From assembly GCF_009914755.1 (NCBI RefSeq), contig NC_060933.1: a stretch of 64,000 nucleotides of DNA; one strand, 5' to 3'. Below are positions 1 through 13,105 of this stretch, piece after piece. Positions within the stretch are counted from its first letter, which is position 1. Every line of letters begins with the position of its first letter. Position numbers and translations under genes: made by a program. A model generated the notes under the pieces. The model was not told the DNA's origin, did not search any database, and saw nothing but the letters and a program-made list of their open reading frames with translations. The DNA comes from the human T2T-CHM13v2.0 reference genome, Homo sapiens.

Positions 1-3000
1 CCATTCCTTTCCATTACATTACGGATGATTCCATTCCATTGCATTCCATTCCATTCCATTCCCCTGTACTCGGGTTGATTCCATTCCATTCCATTCCAAT
101 CCATGCCATTCCACTCGTATTGATTCCATTCTTTCCATTCCATTCAAGTAGAATCCATTCCATTGCATTCCATTACATTCGATTCCATTCGATTGCACTC
201 GGGTTGATTCCATTCCATTGTATTCCATTCCATTCCATTCCATTCCATTCCATTCCATTCCATTCCGTTCCAATCCATTCCATTACATTCGGATTGATTC
301 TATTCAATTCCCTTACACTCCATTACATTCCATTCCATTCGGGTAGTTTCCATTCCATTCCATTCCATTCCTCTCCATTCCATTGCACTCGGGTTGATTC
401 CATTCCATTGCATTCCATTCGATACCATTCAATTCCATTCCGTTCCATTCCATTCCATTACATTCGGATTGATTCTATTCAACTCCCTTACTCTCCATTA
501 CATTCGATTCCATTCGGGTTGTTCCATTCCATTCCATTCCATTCCTCTCCATTCCATTGCACTCGGGTTGATTCCATTCCATTCCATTCCATTCCGGAAG
601 ATTCCATTCCATTGCATTCCTTTAAATTCCATTCCCCTGTACTCGCGTTGATTCCATTCCATTCCATTCCATTCCTTTGCATTCCATTGCATTCCATTGC
701 ATTCCATTCCCCTGCACTCAGGTTGATTCCATTCCATTCCATTCCATTCCATTCCATTCTATTCGCGTTAATTCCATTCCACTCCATTCCATTACATTCC
801 ATTGCAATCGACTTGATTCCATTCCATTCCATTCCTTTCCATTCCATTCCATTCCATTCCCTTCCATTCCACTCTGGTTGATTCAATTCCTTTCCATTCT
901 ACTCGATTGCATTCCCTTCTATTCCACTCGGATTGATTCCATTCCATTCCGTTCCATTCCATTCCATTTCGTTCCATTCCATTCTATTCCATTCCATTCC
1001 ATTCCATTCCTTTCCATTCCATTCCGTTCCATTCCATTCCATTCCATTCCATTTCTTTCCATTCCATTCTATTCCATACCATTCCATTCCATTCCGTTCC
1101 ATGCCATTCCACTCGGGTTGATTCCATTGCTTTCCATTCCATTTGGGTTGAATCCATTCCATTCCATTCCATTCCATTCCATTCCATTCCGTTCCATTCC
1201 ATTCCATTACATTCGTATTGATTGTATTCAATTCCCTTACACTCCATTACATTCCATTCCATTCGGGTTGTTTCCATTCCATTCCATTCCATTCCACTCC
1301 ATTCCATTGCAGTCGGGTTGAATCCAATCCATTCCATTCCATTCCCTTCCATTCCATTTCGTTCCATTCCATTCTATTCCATACCATTCCATTCCATTCC
1401 ATTCCATTCCGTTCCATGCCATTCCACTCGGGTTGATTCCTTTCCATTCCATTCCATTCGGGTTGAAACCATTCCATTCCATTCAATTCTATTCCATTTC
1501 GGATGATTGCATTCCATTGCCTTCCATTCAATTGCATTCCCCTGCACCCGGGTTGATTCCATTCAATTCCATTCCATTCCATTCCGTTCCATTCCATTCC
1601 ATACCATTCCATTCCATTCCATTCCATTCTATTTGGGTTAATTCCATTCCATTCCATTCCATTCCATTCAGTTTCATTGCAATCGGGTTGATTCCATTCC
1701 GTTCCATTCCATTGCATTCCATTCCATTCCATTCCATTCCATTCCATTCCATTCCATTCCATTCAACTCGGGTTGATTCCATTCCTTTCCATTCCATTCG
1801 GGGTGAAGCCTTTCCATTCCATTCCATTCCTTTCGATTCCATTCCATTGCACTCGGGTTGATCCCATTCCTTTGCATTCCATTCCATTCCATTCCATTCC
1901 ATTCCTTTCCATTCCATTCCGTTCCATTCAATTCCATTACATTCGGATTGATTCTATTCAATTCCCTTACAATCCATCACATTCCATTCCATTCGGGTTG
2001 TTTCCATTCCTTTCCATTCCATTCCATTCCATTCCATTCCATTCCATTCCGGAAGATTCCATTCCATTGCATTCCATTCCATTCCATTCCCCTGCACTCG
2101 CGTTGATTCCTTTCCATTCCATTCCATTCCATTCCATTCCATTCCGTTCCGTTCCGTTCCATTTCATTCCATTCCATTCCATTCCATTCCGTTCCGTTCC
2201 ATTCCATTCCATTCCATTCTATTCGGGTTAATTCCATTCCTTTCCATTCGATTGCAATCGAGTTGATTCCATTCCATTCCATTCCATTCCATTCCATTCC
2301 ATTCCATTCCAATCGAGTTGATTGCATTCCATTCCATTCCATTCCATTCCACTCCATTCCAGTCCTTTCCATTCCATTCCACTCGGGTTGATTCCATTCT
2401 ATTCCTTTCCATTCCATTCCATTCCATTGCAATCGAGTTGATTCAATTGCTTTGCATTCCATTCCATTCCATTCCATTCCGGATGATTCCATTCCATTGC
2501 ATTCCATTCCATTCCATTCCCCTGCACTCGGGTTGATTCCATTCCATTCCACTCCATTCCGTTGCATTCCATTCCATTCCATTTTATTCGGGTTAATTCC
2601 ATTCCATGCCATTCCATTCCATTCCATTCCATTCCATTCCATTCCATTCTATTACAATCGAGTTGATTCCATTCCATTCCATTCCATTCCATTCCATTCC
2701 ATTCCAGTCCTTTCCATTCCATTCCACTCGGGTTGATTCCATTCTATTAGTTTCCATTCCATTCCATTCCCTTCCATTCCACTCTGGTTGATTCCATTCC
2801 TTTCCATTCCAATCGAATACATTCCCTCCTATTCCACTCGGATCGATTCCATTCCATTCCATTCCATTCCATTCCATTCCATTCCATTCCATTCCAGTCC
2901 ATTCCATTTCGTTCCATTCCATTCTATTCCGTACCATTCCATTCCATTCCATTCCTTTCCATTCCATTCCATTCCATTCCACTCTTGTTGATTCCATTCC

Positions 3001-5618
3001 TTTCCATTCCATTCGGTTTGAAGTCATTCCATTCCATTCAATTCCATTCCATACCATTCTATTCCATTCCATTCCATTCCATTGTACTCGGATTGATTCC
3101 ATTCCATTCCATTCCATTCCATTCCATTCCATTCCATTCCATTCCGTTGCATTCCATTCCATTACATTCGGACTGATTCTATTCAACTCCCTTACTCTCC
3201 ATTACATTCCATTCCATTCGGGTTGTTCCATTCCATTCCATTCCATTCCACTCCATTCCATTGCACTCGGGTTGATTCCATTCCATTCCATTCCATACCA
3301 TTCCATTCCATTCCATTCCATTCCATTCCGTTCCATTCCGTTCCATTCCATTCCATTCCATTCTATTCGGGTTAATTCCATTCCATTCCATTCCATTCCA
3401 TTCTATTCCATTCCATTGCAATCGAGTTGAATCCATTGCATTTCATGCCATTCCATTCCATTCCATTCCATTCCGGAAGTTTCCATTCCATTGCATTCCA
3501 TACCATTCCATTTCCCTGCACTCGCGTTGATTCCATTCCATTCCATTCCATTCCATTCCATTCCGTTCCGTTCCGTTCCATTCCATTCTATTCCATTCCA
3601 TTGCATTCCATTCCGTTCCGTTCCATTCCATTCCATTCCATTCTATTTGGGTTAATTCCATTCCATTCCATTCGATTGCAATCGAGTTGATTCCATTCCA
3701 TTCCATTCCATTCCATTCCATTCCATTCCATTCCATTCCATTCCTTTCCATTACATTACGGATGATTCCATTCCATTGCATTCCATTCCATTCCATTCCC
3801 CTGTACTCGGGTTGATTCCATTCCATTCCATTCCAATCCATGCCATTCCACTCGTATTGATTCCATTCTTTCCATTCCATTCAAGTAGAATCCATTCCAT
3901 TGCATTCCATTACATTCGATTCCATTCGATTGCACTCTGGTTGATTCCATTCCATTGTATTCCATTCCATTCCATTCCATTCCATTCCATTCCATTCCAT
4001 TCCGTTCCAATCCATTCCATTACATTCGGATTGATTCTATTCAATTCCCTTACACTCCATTACATTCCATTCCATTCGGGTAGTTTCCATTCCATTCCAT
4101 TCCATTCCTCTCCATTCCATTGCACTCGGGTTGATTCCATTCCATTGCATTCCATTCGATACCATTCAATTCCATTCCGTTCCATTCCATTCCATTACAT
4201 TCGGATTGATTCTATTCAACTCCCTTACTCTCCATTACATTCGATTCCATTCGGGTTGTTCCATTCCATTCCATTCCATTCCTCTCCATTCCATTGCACT
4301 CGGGTTGATTCCATTCCATTCCATTCCATTCCGGAAGATTCCATTCCATTGCATTCCATTAAATTCCATTCCCCTGTACTCGCGTTGATTCCATTCCATT
4401 CCATTCCATTCCTTTGCATTCCATTGCATTCCATTGCATTCCATTCCCCTGCACTCAGGTTGATTCCATTCCATTCCATTCCATTCCATTCCATTCTATT
4501 CGCGTTAATTCCATTCCACTCCATTCCATTACATTCCATTGCAATCGACTTGATTCCATTCCATTCCATTCCATTCCATTCCATTCCATTCCATTCCCTT
4601 CCATTCCACTCTGGTTGATTCAATTCCTTTCCATTCTACTCGATTGCATTCCCTTCTATTCCACTCGGATTGATTCCATTCCATTCCGTTCCATTCCATT
4701 CCATTTCGTTCCATTCCATTCTATTCCATTCCATTCCATTCCATTCCTTTCCATTCCATTCCGTTCCATTCCATTCCATTCCATTCCATTTCTTTCCATT
4801 CCATTCTATTCCATACCATTCCATTCCATTCCGTTCCATGCCATTCCACTCGGGTTGATTCCATTGCTTTCCATTCCATTTGGGTTGAATCCATTCCAAT
4901 CCATTCCATTCCATTCCCTTCCATTCCATTTCGTTCCATTCCATTCTATTCCATACCATTCCATTCCATTCCATTCCATTCCATTCCATGCCATTCCACT
5001 CGGGTTGATTCCTTTCCATTCCATTCCATTCGGGTTGAAACCATTCCATTCCATTCAATTCTATTCCATTTCGGATGATTGCATTCCATTGCCTTCCATT
5101 CAATTGCATTCCCCTGCACCCGGGTTGATTCCATTCAATTCCATTCCATTCCATTCCGTTCCATTCCATTCCATACCATTCCATTCCATTCCATTCCATT
5201 CTATTTGGGTTAATTCCATTCCATTCCATTCCATTCCATTCAGTTTCATTGCAATTGGGTTGATTCCATTCCGTTCCATTCCATTGCATTCCATTCCATT
5301 CCATTCCATTCCATTCCATTCCATTCCATTCCATTCAACTCGGGTTGATTCCATTCCTTTCCATTCCATTCGGGGTGAAGCCTTTCCATTCCATTCCATT
5401 CCTTTCGATTCCATTCCATTGCACTCGGGTTGATCCCATTCCTTTGCATTCCATTCCATTCCATTCCATTCCATTCCATTCCATTCCGTTCCATTCAATT
5501 CCATTACATTCGGATTGATTTTATTCAATTCCCTTACAATCCATCACATTCCATTCCATTCGGGTTGTTTCCATTCCTTTCCATTCCATTCCATTCCATT
5601 CCATTCCATTCCATTCCG
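1..5618. repeat. Right end of a ~3.6-3.7 kb tandem (nested/higher-order) repeat, about 1.5 copies visible
   Basis: 1-2,051 is repeated at 3,738-5,618. ORF-track offsets are 3,737 (19 vs 3,756; 39 vs 3,776; 394 vs 4,131), 3,572 after a 165-bp deletion (1,374 vs 4,946), and 3,567 at the end. Identity stops at CCATTCCG|GAAG (2,051) vs CCATTCCG|TATG (5,618). Confidence 0.9.
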
Positions 5619-8600
5619 TATGATTCCATTCCATTGCATTCTATTCCATTCCATTCCCCTGCACTCGGGTGGATTCCATTCTATTCCATTCCATTCCATT
5701 CCATTCCATTCCATTGAAATCGAGTTGATTCCATTCCATTCCATTCCATTCAATTCCATTCCATTCCATTCTATTCGGGTTAATTCCATTCCATTCCATT
5801 CCATTCCCTTCCATTCCATTCCATTCTATTCCATTCCATTCCATTCTATTAGGGTTAATTCCATTCCATTCCATTCCATTCCATTCCATTCCATTCCATT
5901 CCATTCCTTTGCAATCGAGTTTATTCCATTCCATTCCATTCCATTCCATTCCATTCAATTCCATTGAACTCGGGTTGATTCCATTCCATTCCATGCCATT
6001 CCATTTCATTCCAATCCATTGCCTTCCATTCCATTCCATTCCTCTGCACTCGGGTTGATTCCATTCCTTTCCATTCCATTCGATTCCATTCCATGCCATT
6101 CCACTCGGGTTGATTCCATTACTTTCCATTCCATTCGAGTTGAATCCATTCCATTCGATTCCATTCCATTCGATTCCATTCCATTGCTCACGGGTTCATT
6201 CCATTCCATTCCATTCCATTCCATTCCATTCTATTCCATTTCATTCCATTTCGTTCCATTCCATTCTCTTCCGTACCATTCCATTCCATTCCATTCCACT
6301 CCATTCCATGCCATTCCACTCGGGTTTATTCCATTCCTTTCCATTCCATTCGGGTTGAATTCATTCCATTCCATTCCATTCCATTCCATTCCATTCCATT
6401 CCATTGCACTCGGGTTGATTCCATTCCATTCCATTCCATTCCACTCCATTCCATTGCACTCGGGTTGATTCCATTCCTTTCCATTCCATTCCAGTTGAAC
6501 CCATTCCATTCTATTCCATTCCATTCCATTCCATTCCATTCCATTCCATTCCTTTGCACACGGGTTCATTCCTTTCCATTCCATTCCATTCCATTCCATT
6601 CCATTCCATTCCATTTCGTTCCATTCCATTCTATTCCTTACCATTCCATTCCATTCCGTTCCCTTCCATGCCATTTCACTCGGGTTTATTCCATTCCTTT
6701 CCATTCCATTCGGGTTGAATCCATTCCATTCCATTCCATTCCATTCCATTCCATTCCATTCCATTCCATTGAACTCGTGTTGATTCCATTCCATTCCATG
6801 CCATTCCATTTCATTCCATTCCATTCCATTCCGTTCCATTCCATTCCATTCCTTTCCGTTCAATTCCATTACATTCGGATTGATTCTTTTTAATTCCCTT
6901 ACACTCCATTACATTCCATTCCATTCGGGTAGTTTCCATTCCATTCCATTCCATTCCTCTGCATTCTATTGCACTCGGGTTGATTGATTCCATTCCATTG
7001 CATTCCATTCCATTCAGGATGATTCCATTCCATTGCATTCCATTCCATTCCATTCCCCTGCACTCGTGTTGATTCCATTCCTTTCCATTCCATTCCATCC
7101 CGTTCCATTCCATTCCATTACATTCGTACTGATTGTACTCAATTCCCTTACACTCCATTACATTCCATTCCATTCGGGTTGTTTCCATTCCATTACATTC
7201 CATTCTACTCCATTCCATTGCACTCAGGTTGATTCCATTCCATTCCATTCCATTCCATTCCATTTCGTTCCATTCCATTCTATTCCGTACCATTCCATTC
7301 CATTCCATTCCATTCCATGCCATTCCACTCAGGTTTATTACATTCCTTTCCATTCCATTCGGGTTGAATCCATTCCATTCCATTCCATTCCATTCCATTC
7401 CATTCCATTCCTTTGCACTCGGGTTGATTCCATTCCATTCCCTGCCATTCCATTTCATTCCATTCCATTCCATTCCATTCCATTCCATTCCATTCCATTC
7501 CGTTCCATTCCATTCCATTACATTCGGATTGATTGTATTCAATTCCCTTACACTCCATTACATTCCATTCCATTCGGGTTGTTTCCGTTCCATTACATTC
7601 CATTCCACTCCATTCCATTGCACTCAGGTTGATTCCATTCCATTCCATTCCATTCCATTCCATTCCATTTCGTTCCATTCCGTTCTATTCCGTACCATTC
7701 CATTCCATTCCATTCCATTCCATTCCATGCCATTCCCCTCGGGTTGATTCCATTCCTTTCCATTCCATTCGGGTTGAATCCATTCCATTCCATTCCATTG
7801 CATTCCGTTCCATTCCATTCCCCTGCAATCGGGTGGATTCCATTCTATTCCACTCCATTCCATTCATTCCATTCCATTCCATTCCATTTCGTTCCATTCC
7901 ATTCTATTCCGTACCTTTCTATTCCATTCCATTCCATTCCATTCCATTCCATGCCATGCCATTCCACTCGAGTTCATTCCATTCCTTTCCATTCCATTCT
8001 AGTTGAATCCATTCCATTGCATTCCATTCCATTCGATTCCATTCAATTGCACACGGGTTCATTCCATTCCATTCCATTCCATTCCATTCCATTCCATTCC
8101 ATTTCGTTCCATTCCATTCTATTCCGTACCATTCCCTTCCATTCCATTCCATTCCACTCCATTCCTTTCCATTCCACTCCATTCCATGCCATTCCACTCG
8201 GGTTTATTCCATTCTTTTCCATTCCATTCGGGTTGAATCCATTCCATTCGGGTTGAATCCATTCCATTCCATTCCATTCCATTCCATTCCATTCCATTCC
8301 ATTCCATGCCATTCCACTCGGGTTGATTCCATTCCTTTCCATTCCATTGGAGTTGAACCCATTCCATTCCATTCCATTCCATTCCATTCCATTCCATTCC
8401 ATTCCATTGCTCACGGGTTCATTCCATCCAATTCCATTCCATTCCATTGCATTCCATTCCATTCCCTTCCATGCCATTTCACTCGGGTTTATTCCTTTCC
8501 TTTCCATTCCATGCGGGTTGAATCCATTCCATTCCATTCCATTGCATTCCATTCCATTCCATTCCCCTGCAATCGGGTGGATTCCATTCTATTCCATTCC

Positions 8601-11600
8601 ATTCCATTCCATTCCATTCCATTCCATTCCATTCCATTCCATTTCGTTCCATTCCATTCTATTCCGTACCCTTCCATTCCATTCCATTCCATTCCATTCC
8701 ATGCCATGCCATTCCACTCGGGTTGATTCCATTGCTTTCCATTCCATTTGGGTTGAATCTAATCCATTCCATTCCATTCCATTTCATTCCATTGCACTAG
8801 GTTTGATTCCATTTCACTGCATTCCATTCCATTCCATTCCATTAAATTCCATTCCACTCGGGTTGATTCCATTCCTTTCCATTCCATTGGTGTTGAATCC
8901 ATTCCATTCCATTCCATTACTTTCGATTCCATTCCATTGCACTCGGGTTGAACCCATTCCATTGGATTCCATTCCATTCCATTGCATTCCATTCCGTTCC
9001 TTTCCATTCCATTACATTCGTATTGATTCTATTCACTTCCCTTACACTCCATTCCATTCCATTCCATTCGGGTTGTTTCCATTCCATTCCATTCCATTCC
9101 ACTCCATTCCATTGCAATCAGGTTGATTCCATTCCATTCCATTCCGTATGATTCCATTCCATTGCATTCCATTCCATTCCATTCCCCTGCACTCGGGTGG
9201 ATTCCATTCTATTCCATTCCATTCCATTCCACTCTATTCCATTCCATTCCATTCCATTCCATTCCATTCCAGTCCATTCCATTCTATTCGGGTTAATTTC
9301 ATTCCATTCCATTCCATTCCATTCCATTGCATTCCTTTCCATTCCATTGAAATCGAGTTGATTCCGTTTCATTCCATTCCATTCCATTCCATTCCATTGC
9401 ATTCTATTCCGGTTAATTCCATTCCATTCCATTCCATTCCATTCCCTTCCATTCCATTCCATTCCATTCTATTAGGGGTAATTCCATTCCATTCCATTCC
9501 ATTACATTCCATTGCAATCGAGTTGATTCCATTCCATTCCATTCCATTCCATTCAATTCCGGATGATTGCATTCCATTGCCTTCCATTCCATTCCATTCC
9601 CCTGCACTCGGGTTGATTCCATTCCATTCCTTTCCATTCCATTCCATTCCATTCCATTTCGTTTCATTCCGTTCTATTCCGTACCATTCCATTCCATTCC
9701 ATTCCATTTCATTCCATTCCATTCCATGCCATTCCACTCGGGTTGATTCCATTCCTTTCCATTCCATTCGACTTGAATCCATTCCATTCCATTCCATTCC
9801 ATTCGATTCCATTCCATTGCACACGGGTTCATTCCATTCCATTCCATTCCATTCCATTCCATTCCATTCCATTCCATTCCATTCCATTCCACTCGGGATG
9901 ATTCCATTCCTTTCCATTCCATTCAGGTTGAAACCATTCCATTCCATTCCATTCCTTTCGATTCCATTCCATTCCATTACATTCGGATTGATTCTATTCA
10001 ATTCCCTTACACTCCATTACATTCCATTCCATTCGGGTTGTTTCCATTCCATTCCATTCCATTCCACTCCATTCCATTGCAATCGGGTTGATTCCATTCC
10101 ATTCCATTCCATTCCATTCCGTTCCATTCCATTCCATTCCATTCTGTTCAGGTTAATTCCATTCCATTCCATTCCCTTCCATTCCATTCCATTCCATCCA
10201 ATTGCAATCGAGTTGATTCCATTGCATTCCATTCCATTCCATTCCATTCCATTCCATTGCATTCCATTCCATTAGATTCCATTCCATTGCATTCCATTCC
10301 ATTCCATTCCCCTGCACTCAGATTGAGTCCATTCCATCCCATTCCATTCCATTCCGTTCCATTCCATTCCATTCCATTCTATTCGCGTTAATTCCATTCC
10401 ATTCCATTACATTCCATTGCAATCGAGTTGATTCCATTCCATTCCGTTCCATTCCATTCCATTCCATTCCATTTCGTTCCATTCCATTCTATTCCGTACC
10501 ATTCCATTCCATTCCATTCCATTCCATTCCATTCCATGCCATTCCACTCGGGTTGATTCTATTGCTTTCCATTCCATTTGGGTTGAATCCAATCCATTCC
10601 ATTCCATTCCATTCCATTCCATTCCATTGCACTAGGTTTGATTCCATTCCACTGCATTCCATTCCATTCCATTCTGTTCCATTCCATTCCATTACATTCG
10701 GATTGATTGTATTCAATTCCTTACACTCCATTACATTCCATTCCATTGGGGTTGTTTCCATTCCATTCCATTCCATTCCATTCCATTCCATTCCATTGCA
10801 CTCAGGTTGATTCCATTCCATTCCATTCCATTCCATTCCATTCCATTCCATTTCGTTCCATTCCATTCTATTCCGTACCATTCCATTCCATTCCATTCCA
10901 TTCCATGCCATTCCACTCGGGTTTATTCCATTCCTTTCCATTCCATTCGGGTTGAATCCATTCCATTCCATTCCATTCCATTCCATTCCATTCCATTGCA
11001 CTCGGGTTGATTCCATTCCATTCCCTGCCGTTCCATTTCATTCCATTCCATTCCATTCCATTGCATTCCATTCCATTCCGTTCCATTCCATTCCATTACA
11101 TTCGGATTGATTGTATTCAATTCCCTTACACTCCATTACATTCCATTCCATTCGTGTTGTTTCCGTTCCATTACATTCCCTTCCACTCCATTCCATTGCA
11201 CTCAGGTTGATTCCATTCCATTCCATTCCATTCCATTCCATTCCATTCCATTCCATTCCATTTCGTTCCATTCCATTCTATTCCCTACCATTCCATTCCA
11301 TTCCATTCCATTCCATGCCAATCCACTCGGGTTTATTCCATTCCTTTCCATTCCATTCGGGTTGAATCCATTCCATTCCATTCCATTCCATTCCATTCCA
11401 TTCCATTCCCCTGCACTCGGTTGGATTCCATTCTATTCCATTCCATTCCATTCCATTCCATTCCATTCCATTCCATTCCATTCTATTCCATTCTATTCGG
11501 GTTAATTTCATTCCATTCCCTTCCATTCCATTCCATTCCATTCCATTCCATTCCATTCCATTGAAATCGAGTTGATTCCATTCCATTCCATTCCATTCCA

Positions 11601-13089
11601 TTCCATTCCATTCTATTCGTGTTAACTCCATTCCATTCCATTCCATTCCATTCCCTTCCATTCCATTCCATTCCATTCCATTGCATTCCATTCCATTCCA
11701 TTCTATTAGGGTTAATTCCATTCCATTCCATTCCATTCCATTCCATTCCATTCCACTCCATTCCATGCCATTCCACTCGGGTTTATTCCATTCCTTTCCA
11801 TTCCATTCGGGTTGAGTCCATTCCATTCCATTCCATTCCATTCCATTCCATTCCATTCCATGCCATTGCACTCGGGTTGATTCCATTCCTTTCCATTCCA
11901 TTCGAATTGAACCCATTCCATTCCCTTCCATTCCATTCCATTCCATTCCATTCCATTGCTCACGGGTTCATTCCATTCCATTCCATTCCATTCCATTCCA
12001 TTCCATTCCATTTCGTTCCATTCCATTCTACTCCGTACCATTCCATTCCATTCCATTCCCTTCCATGCCATTTCACTCGGGTTTATTCCATTCCTTTCCA
12101 TTCCATTCGGGTTGAATCCATTCCATTCCATTCCATTCCATTCCATTGCGCTCGGGTTGATTCCATTCCATTCCATGCCATTCCATTTCATTCCGTTCCA
12201 TTCCATTCCATTCCTTTCCATTCCTTTCCTTTCAATTCCATTCCATTACATTCGGATTGATTCTTTTTTAATTCCCTTACACTCCATTACATTCCATTCC
12301 ATTCGGGTACTTTCCATTCCATTCCATTCCATTCCACTGCATTCTATTGCACTCGGGTTGATTGATTCCATTAGATTGCATTCCATTCCATTCCATTCCC
12401 CTGCACTCGGGTTGATCCCATTCCATTGCATTCCATTCCATTCCGTTCCATTCCATTCCATTCCATTCTGTTCAGGTTAATTCCATTCCATTCCATTCCA
12501 TTCCATTCCTTTCCATTCCATCCCATTGCAATCTAGTTGATTCCATTGCATTCCATTCCATTCCATTCCATTCCATTGCATTCCATTCTATTCCATTTCC
12601 CTGCACTCAGATTGATTCCATTCCATCCCATTCCATTCCATTCCGTTCCATTCCATTCCATTCCATTCTATTCGCGTTAATTCCATTCCATTCCATTCCA
12701 TTACATTCCATTGCAATCGAGTTGATTCCATTCCATTCCGTTCCATTCCATTCCATTCCATTCCATTTCGTTCCATTCCATTCTATTCTGTACCATTCCA
12801 TTCCATTCCATTCCATTCCATTCCATTCCATTCCATTCCATGCCATTGCACTCGGGTTGATTCCATTGCTTTCCATTCCATTTGGGTTGAATCCAATCCA
12901 TTCCATTCCATTCCATTCCATTCCATTCCATTCCATTCCATTGCACTAGGTTTGATTCCATTCCGCTGCATTCCATTCCATTCCATTCCGTTCCATTCCA
13001 TTCCATTACATTCGGATTGACTGTATTCAATTCCCTTACATTCCATTACATTCCATTCCATTCGGGTTGTTTCCATTCCATTCCATTCC
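1..13089 (-). repeat. HSat3 satellite array, left arm: (CATTC)n on +, G-rich (GGAAT)n strand on -
   Basis: Continuous CATTC pentamers interrupted every few to ~13 units by ACTCGGGTTG/ATTCGGGTTG, the reverse complement of the classical Satellite III CAACCCGA(G/A)T spacer. The HSat2 (CATTCGATTC...GATGAT) pattern is not the dominant motif. The array runs off the window start. Confidence 0.97.
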
Positions 13090-13105
13090 GTGTGCAATGG
13101 AATGG
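13081..13105. other. Strand-switch (inversion) junction within the satellite
   Basis: TTCCATTCC|GTGTGCAATGGAATGG: C-rich pentamers give way to G-rich pentamers with no foreign sequence. The paralog at 15,473-15,495 reads GAATGAACCCGTGTGCAATGG, so the right side is a module truncated inside AACCCG. Confidence 0.95.

Noticed and set aside
2052-5618. Identification as Y-chromosome DYZ1 because the unit is 3,567 bp
   Set aside because: That length results from a private 165-bp deletion of a 3,737-bp unit. From recollection DYZ1 is much more diverged from the pentamer and lacks this dense CAACCCGAGT pattern. An alignment would be needed to settle it.
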